This document shows, in pieces, positions 54,967-64,000 of a stretch of DNA of 64,000 nt (position 1 is the stretch's first letter; the number at the start of each line of letters is the position of its first letter). Location: contig JAIRTP010000078.1 in NCBI GenBank assembly GCA_031254805.1, positions 21,521-85,520 on the forward strand, given 5' to 3'. The notes beneath the pieces were generated by a model. That model did no database searches, was not told where the DNA came from, and was given only the letters and a program-made list of their open reading frames with translations. This DNA comes from Bacteroidales bacterium (lineage in GTDB: Bacteria; Bacteroidota; Bacteroidia; Bacteroidales; WRLA01). The position numbers were made by a program, and so were the translations under genes.

Positions 54967-55974
54967 TTAGTCGATCGTATAATTTAGCTTTTGTCTTCTG
55001 TCGTTTATCTGTCTTTTTTTGCTGAAAATATTCTTAAATAACCTTCGTCCTAAATGATGCTTTTTAGAGTAAGAATTAAAAGTATCTTCCTGAATATTAA
55101 AATCTTTTTTCCATATATATTGTGGAGAAATATAGCAATAAGTGCTTTCGACAATAGATGCGTCCGAAACTTCATCGTGATTTTCCAGATCGTTTTTTGA
55201 CGGAGTAATGCAAACAATTCCGCGTTCGGCGCAATCTTGTCGTAATTTTGAAATAACATCGTCATAAGCGTCGCGCAATGCGTTCCACGAAAATATATTG
55301 TATTCGCTGTTCCCAATCTCTTGAATAGGACGGATTTGCAAAATATCAAATTTATAAGGAGCAAAACAGTCGAAAAATGAAATCAATTCTTTGAAATTGT
55401 CGTTATTGACCGTATAATTTATTCTTACTTTAAACGCAGGATATTTCTCTTTCACGGCCGTCAAGGTTTCCAAGGCATTAAGAAATTTCTCATACGATCC
55501 GTTTGTCATAAAGTATTCGTAACTCTCTTTGGTTACGCCGTGAAGCGAAAGCGTGATCTCATCCAAACCGGACGCCGCCAACTCCCACAGATCTCTGCTG
55601 TTAAACAAATTGGCATTGGATGTCATCGAAATGTAAGGAATGCGATATTGCTTTGCCAATCGAATTATTTCATTATTATGCGCATAAAGCGAAGGTTCGG
55701 CTCCGCATCCGATTTGTAATTTTAAAACCCGTTTGAAAAAGGCTTTGGCCAATTTGGGCAAATCATCCTGTTCAAACTTTCCTTTCATCTTTTTTCGATA
55801 CTCAGGATCGCTGAAATAGCACATTTTACAGCGAAAATTGCACGCTAAAACCGGATCAAAAAATATAGCGATATAACGCTGCCGAAAGGAATGTAATATA
55901 AATATTCCCAAATTCTTAATCCTCCGACTTTTTACAACACGATTAAGTTTCAATAAGGTGTAAACTCTACTCAT
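54967..55974 (-). CDS. radical SAM protein, unassigned subfamily (335 aa)
   Basis: CX3CX2C (CNFRCKMC), GCGAEP SAM-binding-like motif. No Cys-rich SPASM/twitch C-terminus. Start moved to ATG 55974 behind the TACCTTTG box (the track TTG start 56043 is an extension). Confidence 0.8.
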   Translation of the reverse strand: MSRVYTLLKLNRVVKSRRIKNLGIFILHSFRQRYIAIFFDPVLACNFRCKMCYFSDPEYRKKMKGKFEQDDLPKLAKAFFKRVLKLQIGCGAEPSLYAHNNEIIRLAKQYRIPYISMTSNANLFNSRDLWELAASGLDEITLSLHGVTKESYEYFMTNGSYEKFLNALETLTAVKEKYPAFKVRINYTVNNDNFKELISFFDCFAPYKFDILQIRPIQEIGNSEYNIFSWNALRDAYDDVISKLRQDCAERGIVCITPSKNDLENHDEVSDASIVESTYCYISPQYIWKKDFNIQEDTFNSYSKKHHLGRRLFKNIFSKKRQINDRRQKLNYTID

Positions 55975-55992
55975 TCGTTTAGAAACTTTTTG

Positions 55993-56000
55993 CAAAGGTA
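55993..56000 (-). promoter_or_regulatory. -7 box TACCTTTG for radical SAM gene
   Basis: TAnnTTTG, 18 nt upstream of ATG 55974. Confidence 0.45.
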
Positions 56001-56122
56001 ATGATAATAGTGGAAAAGAAAATTGAAAAACAAGTAAATACAAGTTTGTCAGGCAGATTATTGAATCTGAAAGGTGAGTTTGAATATATAAAAGTCATGG
56101 ACGGAAAACAAAAAAATAAAAT

Positions 56123-56941
56123 TTATTCTTGTCGCTTCCTCTTAAAATTAGGGAGAATATTTTTACGTGAAAACCTATAATAAACGATTGTAGAAAAATA
56201 TCCTGCCATGCTTGTTAATATTAAAATGCCGTAACTAAGCGCATCAAGTTGTAGTTTGTATTCGCCGCCGGCTCCGCTGTATAATCCCGGAATCGACCAA
56301 GGAAAATAATATCCGTAGCCTGTTGCAGCAATGATTTGGGAAAAAACCAACGTTAAAGCCATAAATCCTAAGGGAGCTAAATATCCTTTTTGCCATACCG
56401 CGAAAAATGCGGTAGGCATACTGATCAATATTGTCAAAATAGCGGTTATGAAATAATTCGACAAATGGGCGGAAACAAGAAAATCATTTGAAGTTGGCAG
56501 ATGTAATAATAAACCGATGATAAGCCCTGTCAATAGATTGAAAAATGCCAATCCGATAGTCCAAAATATATATACAATGAATTTTGCATTTGAAATTTTG
56601 GCCATGGAAATGGGCAATGCTAATAAATCCTTTATGGTATTTTCCGAATATTCCCTGCCGAAAATCCATGCAGCAATAAATCCGAAAACAATGATGCCTC
56701 CAACGCCTACAGCTTGCGACAAAATATTCAGGTAAGAATCCCAATTTGCCGCCACATTCATAAACTCCATTTTCGCGCTTAACGTACTTGTTTTGGCCAA
56801 GTCGTTAGAATCGCGCAAAATGAGCATGAAAATTCCACCCATCACAGGGGCTAATGCAAATGCCGCAAATGTTATCCAAGTAATATTGGAATTTTTGTTT
56901 TTAATGATTTCGGCTTTCAGCGCCTTTATCAGACTGTTCAT
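56123..56941 (-). CDS. ABC-2 type permease (BcrB / lantibiotic-immunity MutE-EpiE-like)
   Basis: Six TM helices. N-terminal ..LKAEIIKNKNS.. and FGREYSENTIKDLL motif typical of ABC2_membrane immunity-type permeases. Confidence 0.8.
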   Translation of the reverse strand: MNSLIKALKAEIIKNKNSNITWITFAAFALAPVMGGIFMLILRDSNDLAKTSTLSAKMEFMNVAANWDSYLNILSQAVGVGGIIVFGFIAAWIFGREYSENTIKDLLALPISMAKISNAKFIVYIFWTIGLAFFNLLTGLIIGLLLHLPTSNDFLVSAHLSNYFITAILTILISMPTAFFAVWQKGYLAPLGFMALTLVFSQIIAATGYGYYFPWSIPGLYSGAGGEYKLQLDALSYGILILTSMAGYFSTIVYYRFSRKNILPNFKRKRQE

Positions 56942-57846
56942 GGGTTATTGTATTTGATCATTCGTAAAAAAAACATTTCCAGATCTTCGGTAAATAGGTA
57001 AAGCTGTTTCGGGGGCAATCCTTTTTCTACCAAAAGTTCGGATATGTTTTCGGGGTTCTCAACGGCGCGGGAGTTTGTCAACGCAATTTCGCCGTTGTCT
57101 TCCAATACGGCCGTATGGTTTGCTTCCTTCAAAACCTGAACGGCCGCCCGATTATCTCTGGTTTGTATCAGAATTTTTCTAATCAGTTTATCCGTTAATT
57201 CTTCTGTTGTCAATTCTTCAATTAATTTGCCTTGATGTATGATTGCAATACGATTGGCGACTTTTGAAATTTCATCCAAAATATGACTCGATAGAAAAAC
57301 GGTGGCGCCGTTGAAGGAAAGTTCTTTCAATAACTCGCGCACTTCTATAATTCCTTCCGGATCTAAGCCGTTAATAGGTTCATCTAAAATCAATAATTTG
57401 GGTCGGTGCATAAGCGCTTTTGCAAGTCCCAGACGTTGACTGTTGCCTAACGAAAGATGCTTGGCCTTTGTGTCGGCGTAATTGCCTAAATGTAATTGAT
57501 CAATGATGTTGTCGATTAATGTCGGATTTTTCATATGACGGAGCTGATAATACACTTTCAGATTATCCGTCACCGAAAGATCCGGATAGGCGTGAGGCGT
57601 TTCAACCGAATAACCGATGTTATTCCAAAGATTGAAATCGGAGCTTAACTTTTTTCCAAACAGATAAGCATTGCCGCTATCGGCTCTAATCATTCCCAGC
57701 AAAATTCGAATCAAAGTAGTTTTTCCGGCGCCGTTTAGTCCGATAAAACCATATATTTCTCCTTCATTTACTTGAATAGATACGTTATCTAAAGCCGTTA
57801 TACGGCCAAAAAGTTTCGTTATGTTTTTTGTTTCGATTGAGTGCAT
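56938..57846 (-). CDS. ABC transporter ATP-binding protein (BcrA/MutF-like)
   Basis: Walker A GLNGAGKTT, signature LSLGNSQRL, Walker B LLILDEP. ATGA overlap with the permease start. Confidence 0.9.
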   Translation of the reverse strand: MHSIETKNITKLFGRITALDNVSIQVNEGEIYGFIGLNGAGKTTLIRILLGMIRADSGNAYLFGKKLSSDFNLWNNIGYSVETPHAYPDLSVTDNLKVYYQLRHMKNPTLIDNIIDQLHLGNYADTKAKHLSLGNSQRLGLAKALMHRPKLLILDEPINGLDPEGIIEVRELLKELSFNGATVFLSSHILDEISKVANRIAIIHQGKLIEELTTEELTDKLIRKILIQTRDNRAAVQVLKEANHTAVLEDNGEIALTNSRAVENPENISELLVEKGLPPKQLYLFTEDLEMFFLRMIKYNNP

Positions 57847-58395
57847 GCTTTCAATTCTTTTCAGTTTCTCATAGTATTTTCCGAAATTATATTTATCTCA
57901 AAATCAATTGCATTATGTAGTGTAAATAAATCAAAAGTTAATTGCGGCGACTGTGCTAATCCTATGCTGTCAATAATTCCAGAATCATCATCTTAATGGG
58001 ATGTATGAAACAGCGTCGCAGACGCCCTCGTTCCATGCGGAAGCGCGCTCTTGTCTCATTCCAGATGTTTGCAGACTTGTTCATAGTAATCAAATGATTA
58101 TGTAATTATTTGCAACAAAGATACTACTTTTTTTAATTGCAAATGTTTTATGAATTTTTTTCAGAACAACCGCACGAAAACAGTAACCTTACAAGATGAA
58201 AGCAATGCAATTTAGTTTTAAAACCTATAAGACAAAGAATGTATCGGAAGAACGGGAATACGACCATGAAGGCTATGAAGTGTGCAAAGACAGTTTTTAC
58301 GAAACAGTTGCATTGGCTACTTGAATCTGCGAGAGAGTTAAAAGCAATGTAACGGTAACTTTTCCGATTTCTGTTTGACTAATAATTGAAAAGAT

Positions 58396-58403
58396 TACCT
58401 TTG
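58396..58403 (+). promoter_or_regulatory. -7 box TACCTTTG for Oar-like TBDR gene
   Basis: TAnnTTTG, 20 nt upstream of ATG 58424. Confidence 0.45.
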
Positions 58404-58423
58404 CATACTAAAAACAGAATAAA

Positions 58424-61400
58424 ATGCGTAAAATATTACTACTCTTCAATATTGCTTTTTTTAGTTTTTATTTCTCTTATTCTCAGGTAACGACGGCTTC
58501 ATTGACCGGTAAAATAAGCGATGATATCGGCATTTTGAATCAGGCCGTTATAAAGGCTTTGCACGAGCCTTCGGGAACTGTTTATGCCACGACGAGCAAT
58601 GCCGAAGGATATTATTACATTCAAGGGATGCGTACGGGAGGACCTTATAGCGTTGAAGTTTCTTATATCGGATATATAACTTCAAAAACTTCCAATATTT
58701 TTCTCACGTTGGGACAGACAACGGAATTAAACATCAAACTGAAGGAGCAGCAAATAAATCTTCCCGACGTAGAAATATCCGCTTCGAAATATGCTGTTGA
58801 CGATAAAGAGGGCGCGTCGACTATCATCAGAAGCAAAGAGATTAAATCGCTTCCGACCATTTCACGGAGTATTACCGATTTTACGGTTTTAACGCCTCAA
58901 TCAGGAAAAGGAAGCAGTTATGCCGGGCGCGACGGCCGTTTTAACAACATCACCATTGACGGGGCTGATTTTAACAACAGCTATGGATTAAGCGCCAACA
59001 ATCTTCCCGGCGGCGACGCTCAACCAATATCGCTCGACGCTATCGAAGAAATATCTGTGAATTTAACCCCTTATGATATCCGGCAGTCAAACTTTACGGG
59101 AGCCAATATCAACGCTATTACAAAAAGCGGAACCAATGTTTACGCCGGAACGGCCTATACTTTTTTGCGTCCAAAATCATTAACGGGAAATCTGGTGGAT
59201 GAGACGGTCATTGCGAACGCAAACGACCGGTCTGCACAACTTTACGGATTTAATGCCGGCGGAGCTATCGTAAAAAATAAACTGTTCTTTTTTGTCAGCG
59301 GCGAATATGAAAAACAAATTTATCCCAATACGCCTTGGACGCCAAGCGCAAACGGCGAATCGGACGCCTCAAAAAAGATATCGCGTACTTCTATTGCCGA
59401 TATGCAAACGATGAAAGATTTCTTGACGGCTAATTATGGATACGATCCGGGGAAATATCTTGATCGTGATGATTTTAACAGTAATAATTATAAAATTTTG
59501 GCGCGTTTGGATTGGAATATAAATCAAAATCATCGTTTGATGATTCGTTACAATGATGTGATGTCTAAAAACGATATGTTGGTCAATCCAAACAGCGCGC
59601 CGCGTCCAAGGGCTTCTTCCGATAGAATCGGCGCGCAAGCGATGGCTTTTTCCAATACGGACTATATGCATAAAAATATTGTTCGTTCGATTACGGGAGA
59701 ATTAAACAGCGTTTTTGGGAGTAAATTTTCTAACTCTTTCTTAGCAAGTTATACGCGTATTCGCGATACGCGCGACGGCAACGGCGATTCGTTTCCTTTT
59801 GTCGATATTTATAAAGACGGCGACATTTATATGAGTTTTGGATATGAATTATTCACTTATGGTACGGATCTGACTAACGATGCCTTGAATATCGTTAATA
59901 ACTTTAGCGCATATTTTGGAAAACATACGTTGACGGCAGGGATTTCATTCAATTATTTACACTTTAAAAACAGCTACATCCGCTACGGATTAGGTTATTA
60001 CCGTTATGATTCAATGGAAGATTTCATGAACAATGCGCAACCAACCGCTTTTGGGATTACTTATGGCTACAATTCGGATGAGATACCTTATTTTAAACTT
60101 AACTTTGGGATGGGGAGCATTTATTTGCAAGACGAATGGCATGTAAGTGAAAAATTACGTTTGACCGGAGGCGTTCGCCTTGAAATGCCGTTTTACATGA
60201 ATAAATTACCCAATAATCCATCTGTTAATGAGTCGTTGCCATTTTATGGCGGCGAAACTATACAAATTGATCAATGGCCGAATGGTAATATCGCCATTTC
60301 GCCGCGTTTGGGATTTAATTGGAAAATATTGGATGGGAATGAGATCATTATGCGGGGAGGAACGGGCGTGTTTACCGGATTCATGCCTTTTGTTTGGCTT
60401 ACCAACCAAGCGGCTGACAACGGCATGATGCAAAATACAGTGGAGATTGTCAGTCCGAATATTCCTTCGGATATGGTTTTTGAAACCGATTTCCGTACTC
60501 AATTGACAAAATACCCCGAACTTTTCTCTTCGACGCCTTCTTCAACGCCTCCGGGACAAATCTCTTTTGCCGATCCTGATTTTCGATTGCCGCAAATTTG
60601 GCGCAGCAATATTGCTTTTGATTTCAAGCTTCCCGCCGATATGATTTTTACGATCGAAGGAATTTACGGAAAAGATATCAACGCAGTCATTCAACAAAAT
60701 ATCAACCAATGCAATCCTTCCGGAACAATCAAAGAAGGCGAACAGGAACGGGATTCGTGGTGGACAAAAGAGGAAACGTCCGGTAATTGGATTAAAAAAA
60801 ATAAAATTCAACCAAATATTTCTTATGCCATGAAATTGACCAACGCTAAAGAAGGATATCAATACTCGATTACGGGGCAATTGGTGAAAAAGTTTTCCTA
60901 TGGAGTATCCGGAACGGCGGCGTATACGTATAGCATGGCAAAAGATTTAACGGCAAATCCCGGTTCAGCATCTGTTTCGATGTGGACAAACAACGCTACT
61001 GTAAACGGCGGAAATAGCTCAGAATTGAGTTATTCGGCATTTTCTGTTCCTCATCGCATCGTAAGCGCTATAACGTGGAGCATTGAAAGCGGAAAAAATC
61101 TTGGTTTTTCTATCTCGTTGCTTTATCAAGGTTCTGCGCAAGGACGTTATTCCTATATATATAACGGCGACGTGAATGGCGATAATAATAGTAGCGATTT
61201 GATCTATATTCCCCGTGATCAAAATGAGATTGTCTTTGTTGAAACCGATAAGATGACGGCGGCTGCACAAGCGAAAACTTTTTGGAATTTCGTTGAAAAC
61301 GACGAATATTTGAAAAATAATAAAGGAAAATTTGCCGAAAGAAACGGCGTTGTCGGGCCTTGGATTAATCGTATCGATTTAAAAATAACGCAAGATCTTT

Positions 61401-61690
61401 TTTCGGGATTTGGAACCGACAGAAGATATACGTTGCAGTTGAGCCTCGACGTTTTGAATCTTGGCAATTTGCTCAACCCGAAATGGGGATGCTATCAAAG
61501 TCATGGAATGGGTAATACTTATAATCAAATCGGATTGTTGAAATTTGAAGGATTAAACCAAGAAGGAACGCCGACTTTTACGTTGAACGCTTCCGACATC
61601 GAAAATTTCAACGAAAATGCTCGTTTTTCTCGCGACGTATCGGTAAGTAGTACTTGGGGGGCTCAAATAGGACTGCGGTTTATTTTTTGA
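58424..61690 (+). CDS. Oar-like TonB-dependent receptor (carboxypeptidase-regulatory-like N-domain)
   Basis: Signal peptide, CarbopepD_reg-like domain (TGKISDD..AEGYYYIQG..GPYSVEVSYIGY), plug, large barrel ending ..GLRFIF. No SusD-like partner downstream. Confidence 0.85.
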   Translation: MRKILLLFNIAFFSFYFSYSQVTTASLTGKISDDIGILNQAVIKALHEPSGTVYATTSNAEGYYYIQGMRTGGPYSVEVSYIGYITSKTSNIFLTLGQTTELNIKLKEQQINLPDVEISASKYAVDDKEGASTIIRSKEIKSLPTISRSITDFTVLTPQSGKGSSYAGRDGRFNNITIDGADFNNSYGLSANNLPGGDAQPISLDAIEEISVNLTPYDIRQSNFTGANINAITKSGTNVYAGTAYTFLRPKSLTGNLVDETVIANANDRSAQLYGFNAGGAIVKNKLFFFVSGEYEKQIYPNTPWTPSANGESDASKKISRTSIADMQTMKDFLTANYGYDPGKYLDRDDFNSNNYKILARLDWNINQNHRLMIRYNDVMSKNDMLVNPNSAPRPRASSDRIGAQAMAFSNTDYMHKNIVRSITGELNSVFGSKFSNSFLASYTRIRDTRDGNGDSFPFVDIYKDGDIYMSFGYELFTYGTDLTNDALNIVNNFSAYFGKHTLTAGISFNYLHFKNSYIRYGLGYYRYDSMEDFMNNAQPTAFGITYGYNSDEIPYFKLNFGMGSIYLQDEWHVSEKLRLTGGVRLEMPFYMNKLPNNPSVNESLPFYGGETIQIDQWPNGNIAISPRLGFNWKILDGNEIIMRGGTGVFTGFMPFVWLTNQAADNGMMQNTVEIVSPNIPSDMVFETDFRTQLTKYPELFSSTPSSTPPGQISFADPDFRLPQIWRSNIAFDFKLPADMIFTIEGIYGKDINAVIQQNINQCNPSGTIKEGEQERDSWWTKEETSGNWIKKNKIQPNISYAMKLTNAKEGYQYSITGQLVKKFSYGVSGTAAYTYSMAKDLTANPGSASVSMWTNNATVNGGNSSELSYSAFSVPHRIVSAITWSIESGKNLGFSISLLYQGSAQGRYSYIYNGDVNGDNNSSDLIYIPRDQNEIVFVETDKMTAAAQAKTFWNFVENDEYLKNNKGKFAERNGVVGPWINRIDLKITQDLFSGFGTDRRYTLQLSLDVLNLGNLLNPKWGCYQSHGMGNTYNQIGLLKFEGLNQEGTPTFTLNASDIENFNENARFSRDVSVSSTWGAQIGLRFIF

Positions 61691-61715
61691 CGCGTCGTAT
61701 ATAAGAGTCTTGAAT

Positions 61716-63755
61716 TTATTTTCCCAATAATTTCAAAATGGTTTTATAAATATTATCCGGCGTAAATCCGAATTTTTCGTCCAATACTTCTGCCGGAGCA
61801 GAGTAGCCGAAATGTTCTAATCCATATGAAATGCCCCTGTTTCCAACATATTTATCAAAAATAGACGGCAAACCGGCGGTAAGCGCAAAAACCGGAAGAT
61901 TGTCGGGAATGATATTTTTACGATAACTTTCCGGCTGTTGATCGAATCGTCCTATGGAGATCATTGAAACGATTCTGCATTTAATGTCGTCGTTTTCTTT
62001 CAAAAGCAACGCCGCGTCGTATAATGTCCTCACTTCCGAACCGTTCCCTAAAAGAATAATATCGGGATTTTTTCCATTTTCAAAAACGACATAACCGCCT
62101 TTTACAGCCTCTTTAGCATCGTTTATCCGCGTACTTCCTTCCATTGCAGGTAAAGCTTTGACATTTTGACGGCTTAAAATAATTCCCGTCGGGCTGGTTC
62201 GATTTTCAAACGCCATTTTATAAGCTATGTTGGTTTCCGCTCCGTCGACAGGACGTAAAATCAACATGGAAGGATTTCCGCTGTGATTTTTGATTTGTTC
62301 CAAAAGGGAAACGCTTGCAATTTGTTCAACCGGTTGATGCGTCGGTCCGTCTTCACCCACTCTATATGAATCGTGCGACCAAATGTAAATGACTGGTAAT
62401 TGTTGCAAGGCCGACATTCTAATTGCCGCCTTTTGATAATCTGAAAAGACAAAAAATGTTCCGCAAGCTGCATACATGCCTCCATGAAGTAAAATACCAT
62501 TCATAATGGCCGACATCGTAAATTCAGCTACGCCGGCTTGTAGAAATTGTCCGAAAAAATCATTCGCCGCTAACGGTTTGGTATATTTAAGGAAGCCGTC
62601 CGTTTTATCGCTGTTAGCAAGGTCGGCGCTGGAAACGATCATGTTTTCGACCTTTTCAGCCAATACGGAGAGTACGTTTGCCGACGCATTGCGCGTAGGC
62701 GCGTTATCGCTTTGCAAAATGTTTTCAAAATCTATTTCAGGAAGAATTTTCTTTGTAAACCTGATATATTTCTCCGCCAATTCAGGATGTGCTTTTTCCC
62801 AGATCTTTTGATCTTCTTTTCTCTTTTGAGCGTATTGGCGTTTTTTATCCAATATATTATTCCATGTCTCTTTTACATCATCAAAAATAGTAAATGGATT
62901 TTCAGGATCGCCGCCCAAAGCTGTAATTGTTTTTACTATGTCGATTCCGGCTTTGCTCAAAGGTTGACCATGCGTAGAAACCAATCCTTCCATATTTTCT
63001 CCATTAGGGCCTATGCTTCCTTTTGCCATGATGGTACGACCAATAATTAATGACGGCCGTTCTTTTTCCGCTTTTGCATTTCTCAAAGCTTGCGCAATCT
63101 CTTGAACATTATTTCCATCAATAGTTTGTACGTGCCAACCCCACGCCTCATATTTTTTCGCCGTATTTTCAGTTGTTACTTCATGAACTTTAGTAGAAAG
63201 TTGCACATTATTGGCGTCGAAAAACATAATAAAATTGCCAAGCTTTAAATGTCCCGCAATACGTCCGGCTCCTTGACTGATTTCTTCTTGAATGCCGCCG
63301 TCGGAAATAAAAGCATAAGTATAATGCTCCATCCAATCGCCAAATCTTTGTCGCAGAAATTTTTCTGCAATAGCCGCTCCTACGCCCATTACGTGGCCTT
63401 GCCCTAATGGGCCGGAAGTATTTTCAATTCCATGACTTGGGTTTACTTCTGGGTGTCCCGTAAGGATGCCGCCCCATTGTCGGAATGTTGTCAAATCTTC
63501 CGGTTTAAAAACCCCGGTAAGCGTCAACATAGCGTACAGCATAGGCGACATATGTCCCGGATCAAGGAAAAAACGATCTCTGTTGGGCCACGTCATATCG
63601 TCGGGATCCCAATTTAAAAACTCTGCGTATAATGTCTGAATAAAATCTGTTCCGCTCATGGAACCGCCCGGATGGCCTGATTTTGCTTTTTCTACCATAG
63701 CGGCGATTAGAATGCGCATATTATTCGTCGCCCTTTGAAAGATGTGACTATCCAT
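61716..63755 (-). CDS. tkt: transketolase
   Basis: Start moved to ATG 63755 (MDSHIFQRATNNMRILIAAMVEKAKSGHPGG; the track TTG start 63929 is an extension). TPP-binding and pyrimidine-binding domains. Confidence 0.9.
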   Translation of the reverse strand: MDSHIFQRATNNMRILIAAMVEKAKSGHPGGSMSGTDFIQTLYAEFLNWDPDDMTWPNRDRFFLDPGHMSPMLYAMLTLTGVFKPEDLTTFRQWGGILTGHPEVNPSHGIENTSGPLGQGHVMGVGAAIAEKFLRQRFGDWMEHYTYAFISDGGIQEEISQGAGRIAGHLKLGNFIMFFDANNVQLSTKVHEVTTENTAKKYEAWGWHVQTIDGNNVQEIAQALRNAKAEKERPSLIIGRTIMAKGSIGPNGENMEGLVSTHGQPLSKAGIDIVKTITALGGDPENPFTIFDDVKETWNNILDKKRQYAQKRKEDQKIWEKAHPELAEKYIRFTKKILPEIDFENILQSDNAPTRNASANVLSVLAEKVENMIVSSADLANSDKTDGFLKYTKPLAANDFFGQFLQAGVAEFTMSAIMNGILLHGGMYAACGTFFVFSDYQKAAIRMSALQQLPVIYIWSHDSYRVGEDGPTHQPVEQIASVSLLEQIKNHSGNPSMLILRPVDGAETNIAYKMAFENRTSPTGIILSRQNVKALPAMEGSTRINDAKEAVKGGYVVFENGKNPDIILLGNGSEVRTLYDAALLLKENDDIKCRIVSMISIGRFDQQPESYRKNIIPDNLPVFALTAGLPSIFDKYVGNRGISYGLEHFGYSAPAEVLDEKFGFTPDNIYKTILKLLGK

Positions 63756-64000
63756 TACTCTCTTTTTTTTGCAAAGTAACAACATTTTAAAAGTGATTCC
63801 ATACCTGTGTTGATAATTTTTTATTACTTGCAAAATGCATCTTAATTCAACCTGTTTTCTCGATATTATTAACGAATAGTATAGAAATGGAAGATGACTT
63901 TTCCTCAATTTTCGGAAAAATATTTTCAAACCGTTTTGTGATTGGAAATAAACATGTACATTTGCCGAAAAAGAAGATTAACTTATTAAAAAAACGATTG

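Noticed and set aside
57847-58423. Cobalamin or TPP riboswitch upstream of the TonB-dependent receptor. The nrdJ leader at 34620-35195 was checked for the same.
   Set aside because: No B12-box (GCCACTG), no conserved GGGAA / GGTG..CC core, and no TPP CTGAGA..ACCTGATCTGGATAATGCCAGCG-like element on either strand.

Overview
The window reads as a low-GC Bacteroidota (Bacteroidales-like) chromosome segment. Evidence for this is two cargo proteins with type IX secretion C-terminal sorting domains, Oar-like and other TonB-dependent receptors, a Bacteroides-type tyrosine integrase, DUF4834 and DUF2023 proteins, and a TAnnTTTG -7 box upstream of more than 20 genes. About 50 protein genes, one tRNA-Phe and two gene relics are supported. 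Most are housekeeping or envelope genes: parE, glmM, nrdJ, coaX-lptC-ppiD block, tkt, fldA, arcB-arcC, hydG, cutC, a P-type ATPase, a CDF transporter, and a MacB-type/TolC efflux operon. I found no CRISPR array, no rRNA, no intact mobile element and no recognisable defence genes. Accessory-looking parts are: (i) a ~5.8-kb block (about 764-6587) with a twice-frameshifted integrase, an HK/RR pair and a secreted HExxH protein, bracketed by an imperfect direct repeat. (ii) A co-directional radical-SAM plus BcrAB/lantibiotic-immunity-like ABC cluster (54967-58084) with several sub-threshold small ORFs. (iii) A block of envelope and copper-associated genes flanked by two transglutaminase-core lipoproteins. 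The best non-coding candidates are a promoter-to-terminator leader upstream of the P-type ATPase and a ~100-nt nested inverted-repeat element between convergent genes. No candidate is compelling as a new system from sequence alone. The radical-SAM/ABC cluster and the integrase island are my best guesses. All function calls come from motif recognition by eye and all coordinates outside the ORF track were hand-indexed. No searches or computations were run.
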